NCBI GenBank assembly: GCA_030680835.1
Contig: JAUXUD010000021.1
Location: 13,711 to 77,710 of the forward strand
Reading direction: 5' to 3'
Source: Bacteroidota bacterium
GTDB taxonomy: Bacteria > Bacteroidota > Bacteroidia > UKL13-3
Length of the DNA: 64,000 bases
Part shown: piece by piece, positions 27,266 to 36,943 of the stretch
Layout: every line of letters starts with the position of its first letter
How positions within the stretch are numbered: position 1 is the first letter of the stretch
The notes under the pieces: model-generated
The model's input: only the letters and a program-made list of their open reading frames with translations
Told to the model about the DNA's origin: nothing
Databases searched by the model: none
Translations under genes and position numbers: made by a program

Positions 27266-28918
27266 TTAAAATGTAAAAGTAAAGCCTCCCATAAAATTGA
27301 ATCCATAAACAGGATAGGCGTAAAACCTTTGATATCTATTATTTGCAATATTGTTTAAATGCAAAAATGCTGAAACCGTTTTACTATATCTGTAATCCAC
27401 TCCAAAATTTGCATCTACAAAAGGACTTATTTTTAGGTTGAATATGGAATTATCAGACTGATTATACCCACCCCATCGCTCAGACATATAAAACAAATCA
27501 AATTTCAGCAAAAATTTATCTCCAAAATTATAAGTGGCATTTACCTTAGCTTCAAATTCAGGACGCGAGTATGGATGGTCCAGACTGTATAGCTTGTAAC
27601 CATAAATATTAGTGCTTATCCCCAATCTTAATTTCTCGTTATATGCGTGATTAATGCTTCCGGTAAATACAGTTAATTTACTGCTCCCGGGATCAAACGT
27701 AGTAATCTGATTTGCCTTTGAAGAATCGTGTGTATAAAACAACAGATTTTGAACAGTTGCTGATGAGCCCATTAAAATAAAATGAGTCATTGGTCCGATT
27801 TCGCCTTTAAAGCCACCATAAATTTCAAATTTGTTCACCGTATTATTTAATTCGAATCGGGCAGCAAACGGGTTTTCACTGGTTATACTTCTGAAGGTAT
27901 TTGGTTTTAAATTGCCTGTGAATCCTGCAAATACGGTTAACTTTTTTACCATCAATGCATATCCCGCTTCAGCATTTGGAAAAAAATAAAGTTTTGAACC
28001 GGTAGAATCATTGGTAAGTGTTGAATTGAAACCCCCCTTTAAATAAAAATTTTCATCACTTAATTTTATTTCAGGATTGAGGTCAAAATAAATTCTCTGG
28101 TATGTAGCTTGATTTGCTAAGGGAGCTCCGGTATATCGGGTATTGTTAATTTGCAAACCTGTAATTAATTCAAAAGGAATATTATTTATATGTTTATTGA
28201 TACGTGCTTTTGTGAAAAAATTATTTTCAATGTACTTATTGTCACTGCTATAATTATAATAACCCATATCCAGCATATATGATAAACCGGAGCTGTCTTT
28301 ATTAAAGTTCAGATAATTTAGTTTGGTGTCGTACAATACGTATGTTAATTTTGGATCAGCGGGTAAGATTATTTTATCGTTAGGTGAACCATAGAGGTGA
28401 ACCCTGTTGCGGTGATAGTACGCATCGATGCCCAGACTCCCTTTATTAATAAACTGTTTAACATAGCCGTAAACCGTGTTGTTGCTGAATTTTTTGTAAG
28501 CCTCATCCCCACCTGCTGATAAATGTTTTATAAACATACCTGCCTGGGTATTTTTGTTTCTTACAGTATTTAAATAAAATTCAAACAGGGGAGAGGTTAA
28601 ATTACCAAAACCAACCCGGGAATAATTATTTTTTAATTTTGGCAAAAGTGCTGTCCCCAGAGATATGGGTTTAATGGTATATAAAGTTGGTTGTACCTGA
28701 AATTGTTGTTCAGGAATCAGGTAGGTATAGATTGTTTTTTTTATCTCGGGTTTTTCGGGATTTGGATTTATAGGGATTTTAATAGCTTCAGATAAAATGG
28801 GTTTAAATATTCTTACTACATCAATATTATAATTTTTCAGACTATCCACCTGAGCCATTACATTTAGCTGAATTATCAGGCAAAGGATTAAAAAAATGCT
28901 ATTTTTAAATGGAGTCAT
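27266..28918 (-). CDS. putative outer-membrane beta-barrel / porin-like protein
   Basis: Signal peptide MTPFKNSIFLILCLIIQLNVMAQ, sequence rich in alternating aromatic residues, and a C-terminal GGFTFTF beta-signal. Confidence 0.65.
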   Translation of the reverse strand: MTPFKNSIFLILCLIIQLNVMAQVDSLKNYNIDVVRIFKPILSEAIKIPINPNPEKPEIKKTIYTYLIPEQQFQVQPTLYTIKPISLGTALLPKLKNNYSRVGFGNLTSPLFEFYLNTVRNKNTQAGMFIKHLSAGGDEAYKKFSNNTVYGYVKQFINKGSLGIDAYYHRNRVHLYGSPNDKIILPADPKLTYVLYDTKLNYLNFNKDSSGLSYMLDMGYYNYSSDNKYIENNFFTKARINKHINNIPFELITGLQINNTRYTGAPLANQATYQRIYFDLNPEIKLSDENFYLKGGFNSTLTNDSTGSKLYFFPNAEAGYALMVKKLTVFAGFTGNLKPNTFRSITSENPFAARFELNNTVNKFEIYGGFKGEIGPMTHFILMGSSATVQNLLFYTHDSSKANQITTFDPGSSKLTVFTGSINHAYNEKLRLGISTNIYGYKLYSLDHPYSRPEFEAKVNATYNFGDKFLLKFDLFYMSERWGGYNQSDNSIFNLKISPFVDANFGVDYRYSKTVSAFLHLNNIANNRYQRFYAYPVYGFNFMGGFTFTF

Positions 28919-28920
28919 GT

Positions 28921-31900
28921 TCACTTGTTTTCTTTTTGTTTAATACGTTGTTCCACCTGTTTTTCAGATTCGGCTTTTTGCTTTTTTTCCATTTCAATAA
29001 TTTCTTCTAGTTTTACTTTGGCAATGTTCCTGATTTCGGGTCCGTCATAATTGTCTATCAGGCTCTGAAGTGTTGCTTTTGCCTGAAAGGCATCATTCAT
29101 TTTTATATATGAATCGGCAAGCAATATAAATCCTTTAGCCACCCAATTGTCGAAAGCACCAAACTGGTCATCAAGTTCAAAAATTGTTTTTTGTGCAGTT
29201 TTATATTCTTTACGCATAAATTGTATTAATGCCATGTTGTATTTTGCTTCGGCTCCATAAACATTTTTTGTTTCCTTTACTACAAAGGCGAATTCGGTGT
29301 ATGCCGAATCCGGTTTATTTCGCATCATATAATACCGGGCCATGTTTAAATGGGCTTCAGTAATTCCCTCTTTTTGGGCAATACCCGAATTTAAATATTT
29401 CTGTGATGCCTGCGCTGCTGAGTCTGTTTTACCCTGGAGTGAACTGCATCGCATCTGGCCTAATAATGAAATGGCAAGATTGTCTTTGTTTCCGGCAATT
29501 CGTTCCAGTGCGGCATAATATTCATATGCTCTATCATAATTTTTATTCATAAAACTGATAATTGCTGATTGCCGGGTACTCCGCTCCGTGAAATCACTTC
29601 GCAATGCGTTTGCTGCATATTCGTAGCCAATCAGTGCGTCGTTATAATTTTTTAGTTTATAATCACATTCAGCTTTGAAGTAATTGGCTTTCAAAATAAA
29701 GTAACCACCGGGAAACTTGTTGATATAATTTCCAAAGGATTTACCGGCTTTTAGGAAATCATTTTTTTGATAGAGGTTAAATGCAGATTCATAGCTTAAC
29801 GAATCCTGGGCTGAAGCTGACACAACAACATTTGGAAATCCCTCAAGTATTTTTATGATTTCATCACCTTTGCCTTGTGATACGTATATATTTTGAGCAA
29901 TTATAACGGCTTCGCGCGCTTCATCGCTGTTCGGGTAATTGCTTAACAATTTTTTAATTTCCGTCATTGCCTCGTCGTTTTTGCCGAGGTTAAACAAGGC
30001 CAAACTTTTATTTAATATAGCTTTTCTCAAATAAACAGAACGTGGATAATTGCTGATAATGGTTGAAAACGCGATGACCGCATTGTTAAAATCCTCGGTT
30101 TGCAAATAAATACTTGCTCTTTCATAAACTGCATCATCGATATAAGTAGATTTGGGATAACTGGTCTCCAGTGTTTTTAGTGCGGTTATTTTCTCTTCAT
30201 TCTTTCCGAGCACACCCAGAATCAAAGCCTTCTGATAAAGGGCATAATCGGCCCCGTTAAGGTCTTTTTTAATCACCAAATCGTAATATTCAATTGATTT
30301 ATCATACGAACGTGATACAAAATAACAATCGGCAGTTCTGATCACTGCGTCAGTATATACCTCAGGATTACTCATGGTCGCATCTTTTTCTACGTACAAT
30401 TTAAAATACTCAATTGCTTTACTGTAATTTTCAGCCTTTAAAAATGCGTATCCAAGATTATAGAATGAAAGGTTATAAAACCTCGTGCTTTTAACATCAT
30501 CTTCTGATTGAAAGGTCTTATAATATTCCTGTGCCTTTAGGTATTGCTGGTCTTTAAAAGCCTGCTCTCCCAACCAAAAATTTGCCAATGCGGTAATTTT
30601 TTTATCATAATTAACCTGTGAGGCCTTTGTGAAAAGCTCTATAGCTTCTTTATAATTGTTGTTTAAATATAACTCTTCAGCCCTGTAATAGCTTACTCTC
30701 TGGGTTATTGTTAAATCCTGGGAGTTGGGCTTTTTTATTCCTTCAAGAATTTTTATGGCTTCCTTAAAATTTCTAGCATGTAATAATAAATTACTCAGAT
30801 TAGCTCTTGCTTCATTTAAATAAATACTTTCAGGAAATAAATCAATGAGTTTTACGTATGAAGTCATGGCAACCCCCTGCATATTAAGTTCATCAGCTAT
30901 TTTTGCGCTGTTAAACAAGGCGGGTTCCGACATAGGGCTGCGCGGATTTAACTGGAAACATTTTTCAAAAGCAGCCATGGCATTGGTTCTCTTATCCAGT
31001 TTTAAATAGCATTCAGCCAAATGGTAATATACATAAGGGCCAATCGTATCGTTACCGGCATCTATTTTAAGTAGCTGTTCAATTGCCTTGTTATACTCCT
31101 TAGTTTTCGCATAACTTAATCCCAACATGTAAAAATCATTGTTTCCCGGGGCTATTGGAGCCGCGCTCATAAATTTCTCGAGATGGGGAATTGCTACTTC
31201 ATATGAACCCAGATAATAATAAGACTGTCCAATCATTCCAGCTACATCTTCTGCTACATCTTTATTACTGATTGTATCACAATATGCGATTACATCTTTG
31301 TACTGTTTGCGTGCAAAATAAACCTGTGCAACATAAACCGCCGCCAGGGGGCCAAAGGTTTTATGGTGCTTTACCCTTCCAAAATGTTCCAGGGCTTCCT
31401 CATAATTTGCTGATTTGTAGCACACATATCCATAATAATAATTGGCAGCGTCATAAAATTTACTTTTAGTATCCTTGATATTTTTAAATGCCGCTTTGGC
31501 GTCTTCAAACCGCTCTACTTTAAATAAGGAATAGCCATAGATAAAATAAAATTCTATTAAATCATTGCCTGAGAGGTATTTTACCTGGAGTTTATCCAAA
31601 GTAATTGCGGTAAGTTTATTGTTTTTATTTCTATAATGCAGTTTCCCCAATTGAAATAAAGCAAGCTTTGCACGGATACTTTCAGGGTATTTTTCAATGA
31701 TTGCTTTTAACAGGGGTTCTGCGTCTGCATTGAACAATTCCATTGCACAAACAGCGGTATAATATTGTGCGTCAACTTGTTGTACCTTATTCTTTGTTAG
31801 CTGAGAAAACCATGCAAAATGCTTTTGAGCCGCGGCATACTTTTCTTTATCAAAAAGTTCCAATCCACGGTTATAATATTTTATCTCATCGGTGTATATT

Positions 31901-32043
31901 GCTGATTGTTGTGCTTTTAATTTTTGCTGACAAAGCCCGATAAAAATTAAAAAAATAATCAGTCGCCCGATTATAAGCAACAGGTATTGTACCCAACGGT
32001 GTTGATAAGCAGGATGAATTTTATAATGAATATTGATGCGCAT
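28921..32043 (-). CDS. large tetratricopeptide-repeat protein with an N-terminal membrane anchor
   Basis: 1040 aa. An N-terminal TM segment (YLLLIIGRLIIFLIFIGL), then many TPR-like units (repeated A..Y/F..A patterns), then a charged coiled-coil tail. Confidence 0.85.
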   Translation of the reverse strand: MRINIHYKIHPAYQHRWVQYLLLIIGRLIIFLIFIGLCQQKLKAQQSAIYTDEIKYYNRGLELFDKEKYAAAQKHFAWFSQLTKNKVQQVDAQYYTAVCAMELFNADAEPLLKAIIEKYPESIRAKLALFQLGKLHYRNKNNKLTAITLDKLQVKYLSGNDLIEFYFIYGYSLFKVERFEDAKAAFKNIKDTKSKFYDAANYYYGYVCYKSANYEEALEHFGRVKHHKTFGPLAAVYVAQVYFARKQYKDVIAYCDTISNKDVAEDVAGMIGQSYYYLGSYEVAIPHLEKFMSAAPIAPGNNDFYMLGLSYAKTKEYNKAIEQLLKIDAGNDTIGPYVYYHLAECYLKLDKRTNAMAAFEKCFQLNPRSPMSEPALFNSAKIADELNMQGVAMTSYVKLIDLFPESIYLNEARANLSNLLLHARNFKEAIKILEGIKKPNSQDLTITQRVSYYRAEELYLNNNYKEAIELFTKASQVNYDKKITALANFWLGEQAFKDQQYLKAQEYYKTFQSEDDVKSTRFYNLSFYNLGYAFLKAENYSKAIEYFKLYVEKDATMSNPEVYTDAVIRTADCYFVSRSYDKSIEYYDLVIKKDLNGADYALYQKALILGVLGKNEEKITALKTLETSYPKSTYIDDAVYERASIYLQTEDFNNAVIAFSTIISNYPRSVYLRKAILNKSLALFNLGKNDEAMTEIKKLLSNYPNSDEAREAVIIAQNIYVSQGKGDEIIKILEGFPNVVVSASAQDSLSYESAFNLYQKNDFLKAGKSFGNYINKFPGGYFILKANYFKAECDYKLKNYNDALIGYEYAANALRSDFTERSTRQSAIISFMNKNYDRAYEYYAALERIAGNKDNLAISLLGQMRCSSLQGKTDSAAQASQKYLNSGIAQKEGITEAHLNMARYYMMRNKPDSAYTEFAFVVKETKNVYGAEAKYNMALIQFMRKEYKTAQKTIFELDDQFGAFDNWVAKGFILLADSYIKMNDAFQAKATLQSLIDNYDGPEIRNIAKVKLEEIIEMEKKQKAESEKQVEQRIKQKENK

Positions 32044-32214
32044 AAAGTAATTACAACTGCTAACGAATCTAATGTGTTGTAAGGTGTTTACTTCTCTCTA
32101 TTTATCCCCATTTTTATATTGATGCATCCAAAGTGATTTGTCGATTAGACACTTAAATTTATAATTCAACTTGTTTTTTATCAATAAAAATGCACACCTG
32201 GGTCATCTTAACAA

Positions 32215-32250
32215 AAAAATGCAATTTCTATCATAAAGAATTGCATTTTT
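32215..32250. promoter_or_regulatory. perfect 12-bp inverted repeat AAAAATGCAATT-N12-AATTGCATTTTT in a divergent promoter region
   Basis: Arms at 32215-32226 and 32239-32250. It ends 23 nt upstream of the PAP2 gene ATG. Both flanking genes point away from it, so it cannot act as a terminator. Confidence 0.4.
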
Positions 32251-32272
32251 GCCATAAATAGATGGTAAGGAA

Positions 32273-32917
32273 ATGTTATTAAACAACTCAATTTTTTTAT
32301 ATTTATACTTATTAATACTAAGTGTGTTAATTTATTTTCAAATTCAATACAATCAAATTCAAATAAGTTTATGGGTAAATTCATTACATTCAAATTTTCT
32401 TGATATTACCAGTAAATATGGCACCTATGCCGGAGATGGATTGTTTTCGGTATTTATTTCGCTGTTGTTATTCAGGTTCAACAAAAAACTGGCTGTTTGC
32501 ATTATGCTTTCTTACCTGATCAGTGCCGGTTTTACCCAGTTGCTGAAGCATTTAATTTTTCATGAATTAACCCGACCCATATTACATCTGGATGCAGGTA
32601 CCTTAAAAAGCATACATTTTGTTGACGGTGTGGAATTAAATTATCAGAATAGTTTCCCATCAGGGCATGCAACATCAGCTTTCGCGCTATTAAGTACCTT
32701 TGTTTTATTTATGAAATCAGATTATTTAAAAGTTTTTTTCCTCTTCCTTGCATCATATATTGCATTTACCCGGGTATACCTTCTGCAACATTTTCTGATT
32801 GATGTATTTACAGGTTCCTTAATAGGTACATTAACTGCGTTTTTAGTTTACTATTTTTTGATCCGGAAAAACGTTTATTCAAGATTAAAAATACCTTTCA
32901 ATGATAAAAATAGTTAA
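32273..32917 (+). CDS. PAP2-family phosphatase (integral membrane)
   Basis: Acid-phosphatase motifs: K..RP region KHLIFHELTRP, PSGH (FPSGHATSAF) and TRVYLLQHFLID (the R-x5-H-x3-D motif). Confidence 0.8.
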   Translation: MLLNNSIFLYLYLLILSVLIYFQIQYNQIQISLWVNSLHSNFLDITSKYGTYAGDGLFSVFISLLLFRFNKKLAVCIMLSYLISAGFTQLLKHLIFHELTRPILHLDAGTLKSIHFVDGVELNYQNSFPSGHATSAFALLSTFVLFMKSDYLKVFFLFLASYIAFTRVYLLQHFLIDVFTGSLIGTLTAFLVYYFLIRKNVYSRLKIPFNDKNS

Positions 32918-32927
32918 GAGGTTTGAT

Positions 32928-34544
32928 ATGGTTTTTGTTGCACTTTGGGGTGCAGTATTGTTTTTGCCTTTTCTGGGCTCTGTTCATTTGTTTGACTGGG
33001 ATGAAGTAAATTTTGCGGAATCCGCCAGAGAAATGATTGTTACGGGTAATTACCAAAAGGTTCAGATAAACTATCAGCCATTTATGGAAAAACCACCCTT
33101 GTTTTTCTGGATTCAGGCTATGAGTATGCAAATATTTGGGATCGGTGAATTTGCTGCACGTTTACCCAATGCTTTAATAGGTATTATTACACTGGTTTTT
33201 ATTTTTCAAACAGGAAAAAAACTATACGGGCAAAGAATGGCTTTACTTTGGGTATTGATGGTTACCGGTTCCTTAACTCCGCATTTATATTTTAAAAGCG
33301 GAATTATCGACCCACTCTATAACTTATTCATCTTTTCAGCAGTTGTTCAGTTGTACCGGTATTTCATAAATAAAAAATCAATTCATGCTGTATTTCTGGG
33401 CGTATTTCTTGGATTGGCTGTAATTACAAAGGGCCCTGTAGCCGTGATTATTTTATTGCTTTGTTTTCTTGTTTTCTGGGCATTTCAGAATTTCGGAAAG
33501 TTTTTCAAATATTCCGATTTGTTAATCGCAACATTTACGGTAATCATGGTATCAAGCATTTGGTTCGGACTGGAAACCATAAATAGGGGTCCGGTATTTT
33601 TAATGGAATTTATTAAATACCAGGCCGATTTATTTTTAAATCCTGTAGCCGGCCATGGACAGCCGTTTTGGTATCATCCGTTGGTTTTGCTACTGGGCTG
33701 TTTTCCGGCATCTGTTTTTGGGTTGCTTTATTTATTCAAACGAAAAGTTTCTGAAACCCATGAACAAGCCACTTTTTTTCAAATGATGCAGATTTTATTC
33801 TGGGTTGTTTTGATCTTGTTCAGCATTGTGGAAACCAAAATTGTTCATTACAGTTCATTGTGTTATCTGCCTCTCACATTTATTGCTGCCTATTATGTTA
33901 ATCATATTTTAGAAAATAAATTGAAGTTGAACAAAATTCAAATTATACTCATTGCCACGGTGGGAATTATTGTTGCAGGATTGCTTACGGCAATTCCATT
34001 AATTGATTATTATAAATCGCAGCTTATACCCTATATTAAAGATGAATTTGCAGTTGCATGTCTTGGCATTACGGGTGACTGGAATGGATTTGAATGGATA
34101 CCAGGTTTGTTGTTATTTCTGGTGGTATTCATAAGCTGTTATTATTTGTTGAAGAAACAAATTGAAAAGGCGGTTTACACTTTAATCAGCTTTATTTCCG
34201 TTTTTTTACCTGTTGAAATGCGACTTATTGCTCCGGGAATTGAACGATACAGTCAGGGTCCCGCTATTGATTTTTTTAAAGCCAGGCAAGGTGAGGAATG
34301 TTATCTTGAAACATTGGGGTATAAAAGTTATGCGCAGTATTTTTATGGAAACGTTATGCCTCCTGTTAATCCGAAGTCAAGCGAAGTTAACTGGCTTAAA
34401 ACGGATAGTATTGACAGGGATGCTTATTTTGTTTTACATGTAAATAACATTAGGGATCATATTAATATAAACATGAAAGAAACAGGCCGGAAAGGGGGCT
34501 TTGTTTTTTTTGAAAGAAAAAAATCTGTTAAAAAGTATAATTAA
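32928..34544 (+). CDS. GT-C fold glycosyltransferase of ArnT/PMT_2 type (CAZy GT39/GT83-like)
   Basis: More than 10 TM segments, with a first-loop motif LFDWDEVNFAESAREM. The ATG at 32928 is preferred; the ATG at 32901 would overlap the PAP2 gene by 17 nt. Confidence 0.8.
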   Translation: MVFVALWGAVLFLPFLGSVHLFDWDEVNFAESAREMIVTGNYQKVQINYQPFMEKPPLFFWIQAMSMQIFGIGEFAARLPNALIGIITLVFIFQTGKKLYGQRMALLWVLMVTGSLTPHLYFKSGIIDPLYNLFIFSAVVQLYRYFINKKSIHAVFLGVFLGLAVITKGPVAVIILLLCFLVFWAFQNFGKFFKYSDLLIATFTVIMVSSIWFGLETINRGPVFLMEFIKYQADLFLNPVAGHGQPFWYHPLVLLLGCFPASVFGLLYLFKRKVSETHEQATFFQMMQILFWVVLILFSIVETKIVHYSSLCYLPLTFIAAYYVNHILENKLKLNKIQIILIATVGIIVAGLLTAIPLIDYYKSQLIPYIKDEFAVACLGITGDWNGFEWIPGLLLFLVVFISCYYLLKKQIEKAVYTLISFISVFLPVEMRLIAPGIERYSQGPAIDFFKARQGEECYLETLGYKSYAQYFYGNVMPPVNPKSSEVNWLKTDSIDRDAYFVLHVNNIRDHININMKETGRKGGFVFFERKKSVKKYN

Positions 34545-36810
34545 TTCCTAAAGTGGGCATAATGGGAAGTTGGTTTATTCTTTTATAATTTACGCGGTCA
34601 AAATAAAAAATGTTTTCCCGGTTGTATACATTCGTGGCAGAAGCCGTAACTGTTAACACTTGGTATTCGCGGATAAAGAATTTTTTTGACACAGATAAGT
34701 CTAACCTGTGAAAATAAGGCAGGCGGCCTGTATTTGCTGCAGAATTGTAATTAATCCCCAGATTTCCATTTTGGTTTATAATATTGCTGGATACACCTCC
34801 CTGAAGATTTAATAGCTCATAAAATCCCTGTGTTTGTGTAAAAGGGTATCCTGAACCATAATTCCATCGTGAATTAAAACTCCAGCTTTTTTTGTATCCC
34901 ATTTGGTAGGTAAAAACAATATTCACATTATGTCTTCTGTCAAAATGGGGTACATAATTTTGTAGCCCGTCGTTACGGGTTACAAAAGTTAATGAATATA
35001 CTGCCCACAGATAAACACTTTTTCTTTCATACTTTAAACGTGCATCTCCTCCGTATGCATTCCCTGTTTCTTTTATTATATCCGCCCTCAAATGATAATC
35101 GATATTTTGATTGTCCTGGTTATCATCATAAATTTTAGCATGGTTGATATTTGTTATCTGACTGAAATTCTTATAAAAGCATTCAATATTCATTTCAATA
35201 AATCTGCCCATATCCAGTTCAATACCTCCAACCACATGTTCTGCGGTCTGTCTTTTTGAATCACTGTTAACTTTGTCAGGGCTCGATAAAAATCCATAAA
35301 ACAAGTTAATGACATCCTGATCGCTCACTGCACTCATCAAATTTTGAGAATATTTACCTGCAGCAAGCTTTAACCTCACTGCACTGCCGGCATTATATTT
35401 CATACCAAATCTTGGTTCAAAACTACCTTCTGAGAGGGAAGAATAATAAATAATCCGAATTCCGGGTTCAAACACAAAACGGTTATATACTTTTTTATAT
35501 TTAACAAAACCATGTACTTCAGTGGTATAATCGCTTTGTTCCAGTTTCCTGCCTACACCGTTAATATAATTAAAATTGGTAGAAAAACCTACTGCATCAA
35601 AGCCATAACGTATATCATCTTTGTTTCCTATAAAATTACTAAAATAAACGGAGGCATTAAAACTGTTTATACTGCTTTCCCTAGGTAATCCATCCGATTC
35701 AATTTGTTTCATAAGGTAACCCGAATAGCCCAAATTCGCATTTATTTGAACTGTTGAACCTTCGGGGATCACCAAAATATTACCCCCAAAACCATTTGAA
35801 TTCCATTTGTATTTATTGGTTGAAAAGTTTGCCAGATCATCGAATCTGAAGCCAAATAAATTTACACGACTGCCATTTGGGGAAATATTGCTGAATTTTA
35901 CATAAACATCATTAAACGAATAAGGCAAACCGTTAACAGGGTCTGCATAGTTATAAAACAACTTACCTGACTTATCCAGGTATGATGTTTTATAAGAAAA
36001 TATATAGGAGGAACTTCCGCCACCTTCTGTAAATTTATTTATTGGGCCTTCCAATAAAATTTTAGCTGTTATCGGGTTCACTGCAATTTTACCTGCAAAT
36101 CTTTTTTTATTTCCTTCCCGGGTAGTTACATCGATTACCCCACTAATCCTGCCCCCATACTGGGCATTGAATCCGCCAGAGCTTACGTCGGCATTTTTGA
36201 TGATATCGGCATCAAAAACAGAAAACAAACCAATACTGTGGAAAGGGTTATAAATGATCATACCATCCATCAACACCTTGTTCATCACCGGAGGTCCGCC
36301 TCTCATATAAAGCTGTCCTCCCTGATCCCCGCTGAAGTTAACACCGGGTAACACCTGTAAATACTGAACCAAGTCGGGTTCTCCACCAAAGGTGGGCAAT
36401 TGTTTCAGCTCTTTCTGTGTAATTACATTTGTTGAAATATTTGTATTTTCCTTAACCTTCTGGCGGTCGCCTCTTATTTCCACTTCATCCAGTTCAAGTT
36501 TTCTGGATTTTAAATACAGGTTTTGGGTAGTGATTCTGCCGGCATACAAGGTTACTGTTGACTTTGCAGTATCATATCCAATTGACCAGCACATGAGCGT
36601 GTATGTTCCGGGTTTAACTTTTGACAATTCATAAAAACCATTGATGTCGGTGGCTTTTCCTATCATTAATTCTTTAAGAATCACATTGGTAAAAATAATG
36701 GGTTCACCATTTTCTTTATCGTAAACAAAACCGCGAATATGTGCTTGCTGAGCCTGGGTGATGCTGGAAAATAATAAAGAGAAGAATATTAATACAGTTA
36801 GTTTTTTCAT
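34528..36810 (-). CDS. TonB-dependent receptor with an N-terminal CarboxypepD_reg-like domain
   Basis: Signal peptide, then IRGFVYDKENGEPIIFTNVIL (carboxypeptidase-regulatory-like), a plug region (VLPGV...GG...MRGG), and a C-terminal TLGINYTF. Confidence 0.85.
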   Translation of the reverse strand: MKKLTVLIFFSLLFSSITQAQQAHIRGFVYDKENGEPIIFTNVILKELMIGKATDINGFYELSKVKPGTYTLMCWSIGYDTAKSTVTLYAGRITTQNLYLKSRKLELDEVEIRGDRQKVKENTNISTNVITQKELKQLPTFGGEPDLVQYLQVLPGVNFSGDQGGQLYMRGGPPVMNKVLMDGMIIYNPFHSIGLFSVFDADIIKNADVSSGGFNAQYGGRISGVIDVTTREGNKKRFAGKIAVNPITAKILLEGPINKFTEGGGSSSYIFSYKTSYLDKSGKLFYNYADPVNGLPYSFNDVYVKFSNISPNGSRVNLFGFRFDDLANFSTNKYKWNSNGFGGNILVIPEGSTVQINANLGYSGYLMKQIESDGLPRESSINSFNASVYFSNFIGNKDDIRYGFDAVGFSTNFNYINGVGRKLEQSDYTTEVHGFVKYKKVYNRFVFEPGIRIIYYSSLSEGSFEPRFGMKYNAGSAVRLKLAAGKYSQNLMSAVSDQDVINLFYGFLSSPDKVNSDSKRQTAEHVVGGIELDMGRFIEMNIECFYKNFSQITNINHAKIYDDNQDNQNIDYHLRADIIKETGNAYGGDARLKYERKSVYLWAVYSLTFVTRNDGLQNYVPHFDRRHNVNIVFTYQMGYKKSWSFNSRWNYGSGYPFTQTQGFYELLNLQGGVSSNIINQNGNLGINYNSAANTGRLPYFHRLDLSVSKKFFIREYQVLTVTASATNVYNRENIFYFDRVNYKRINQLPIMPTLGINYTF

Positions 36811-36943
36811 AAATAAAGCGGCACGAATATAGGAGAAGTGAGTCGAAAATGGAGAAAAGTTGCTCCATTAAAGGTAATTTTTGCGGAAATTCTTGTTAAA
36901 TACATAAATTGCGAACTTTCCAATAACTAAACCAAACGAACGC

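Noticed and set aside
27256-27348. 31-codon N-terminal extension of the murA ORF
   Set aside because: It would overlap the 3' end of the upstream barrel gene. The conserved MurA N-terminus begins at the ATG at 27255 (MGSFKVKGG).
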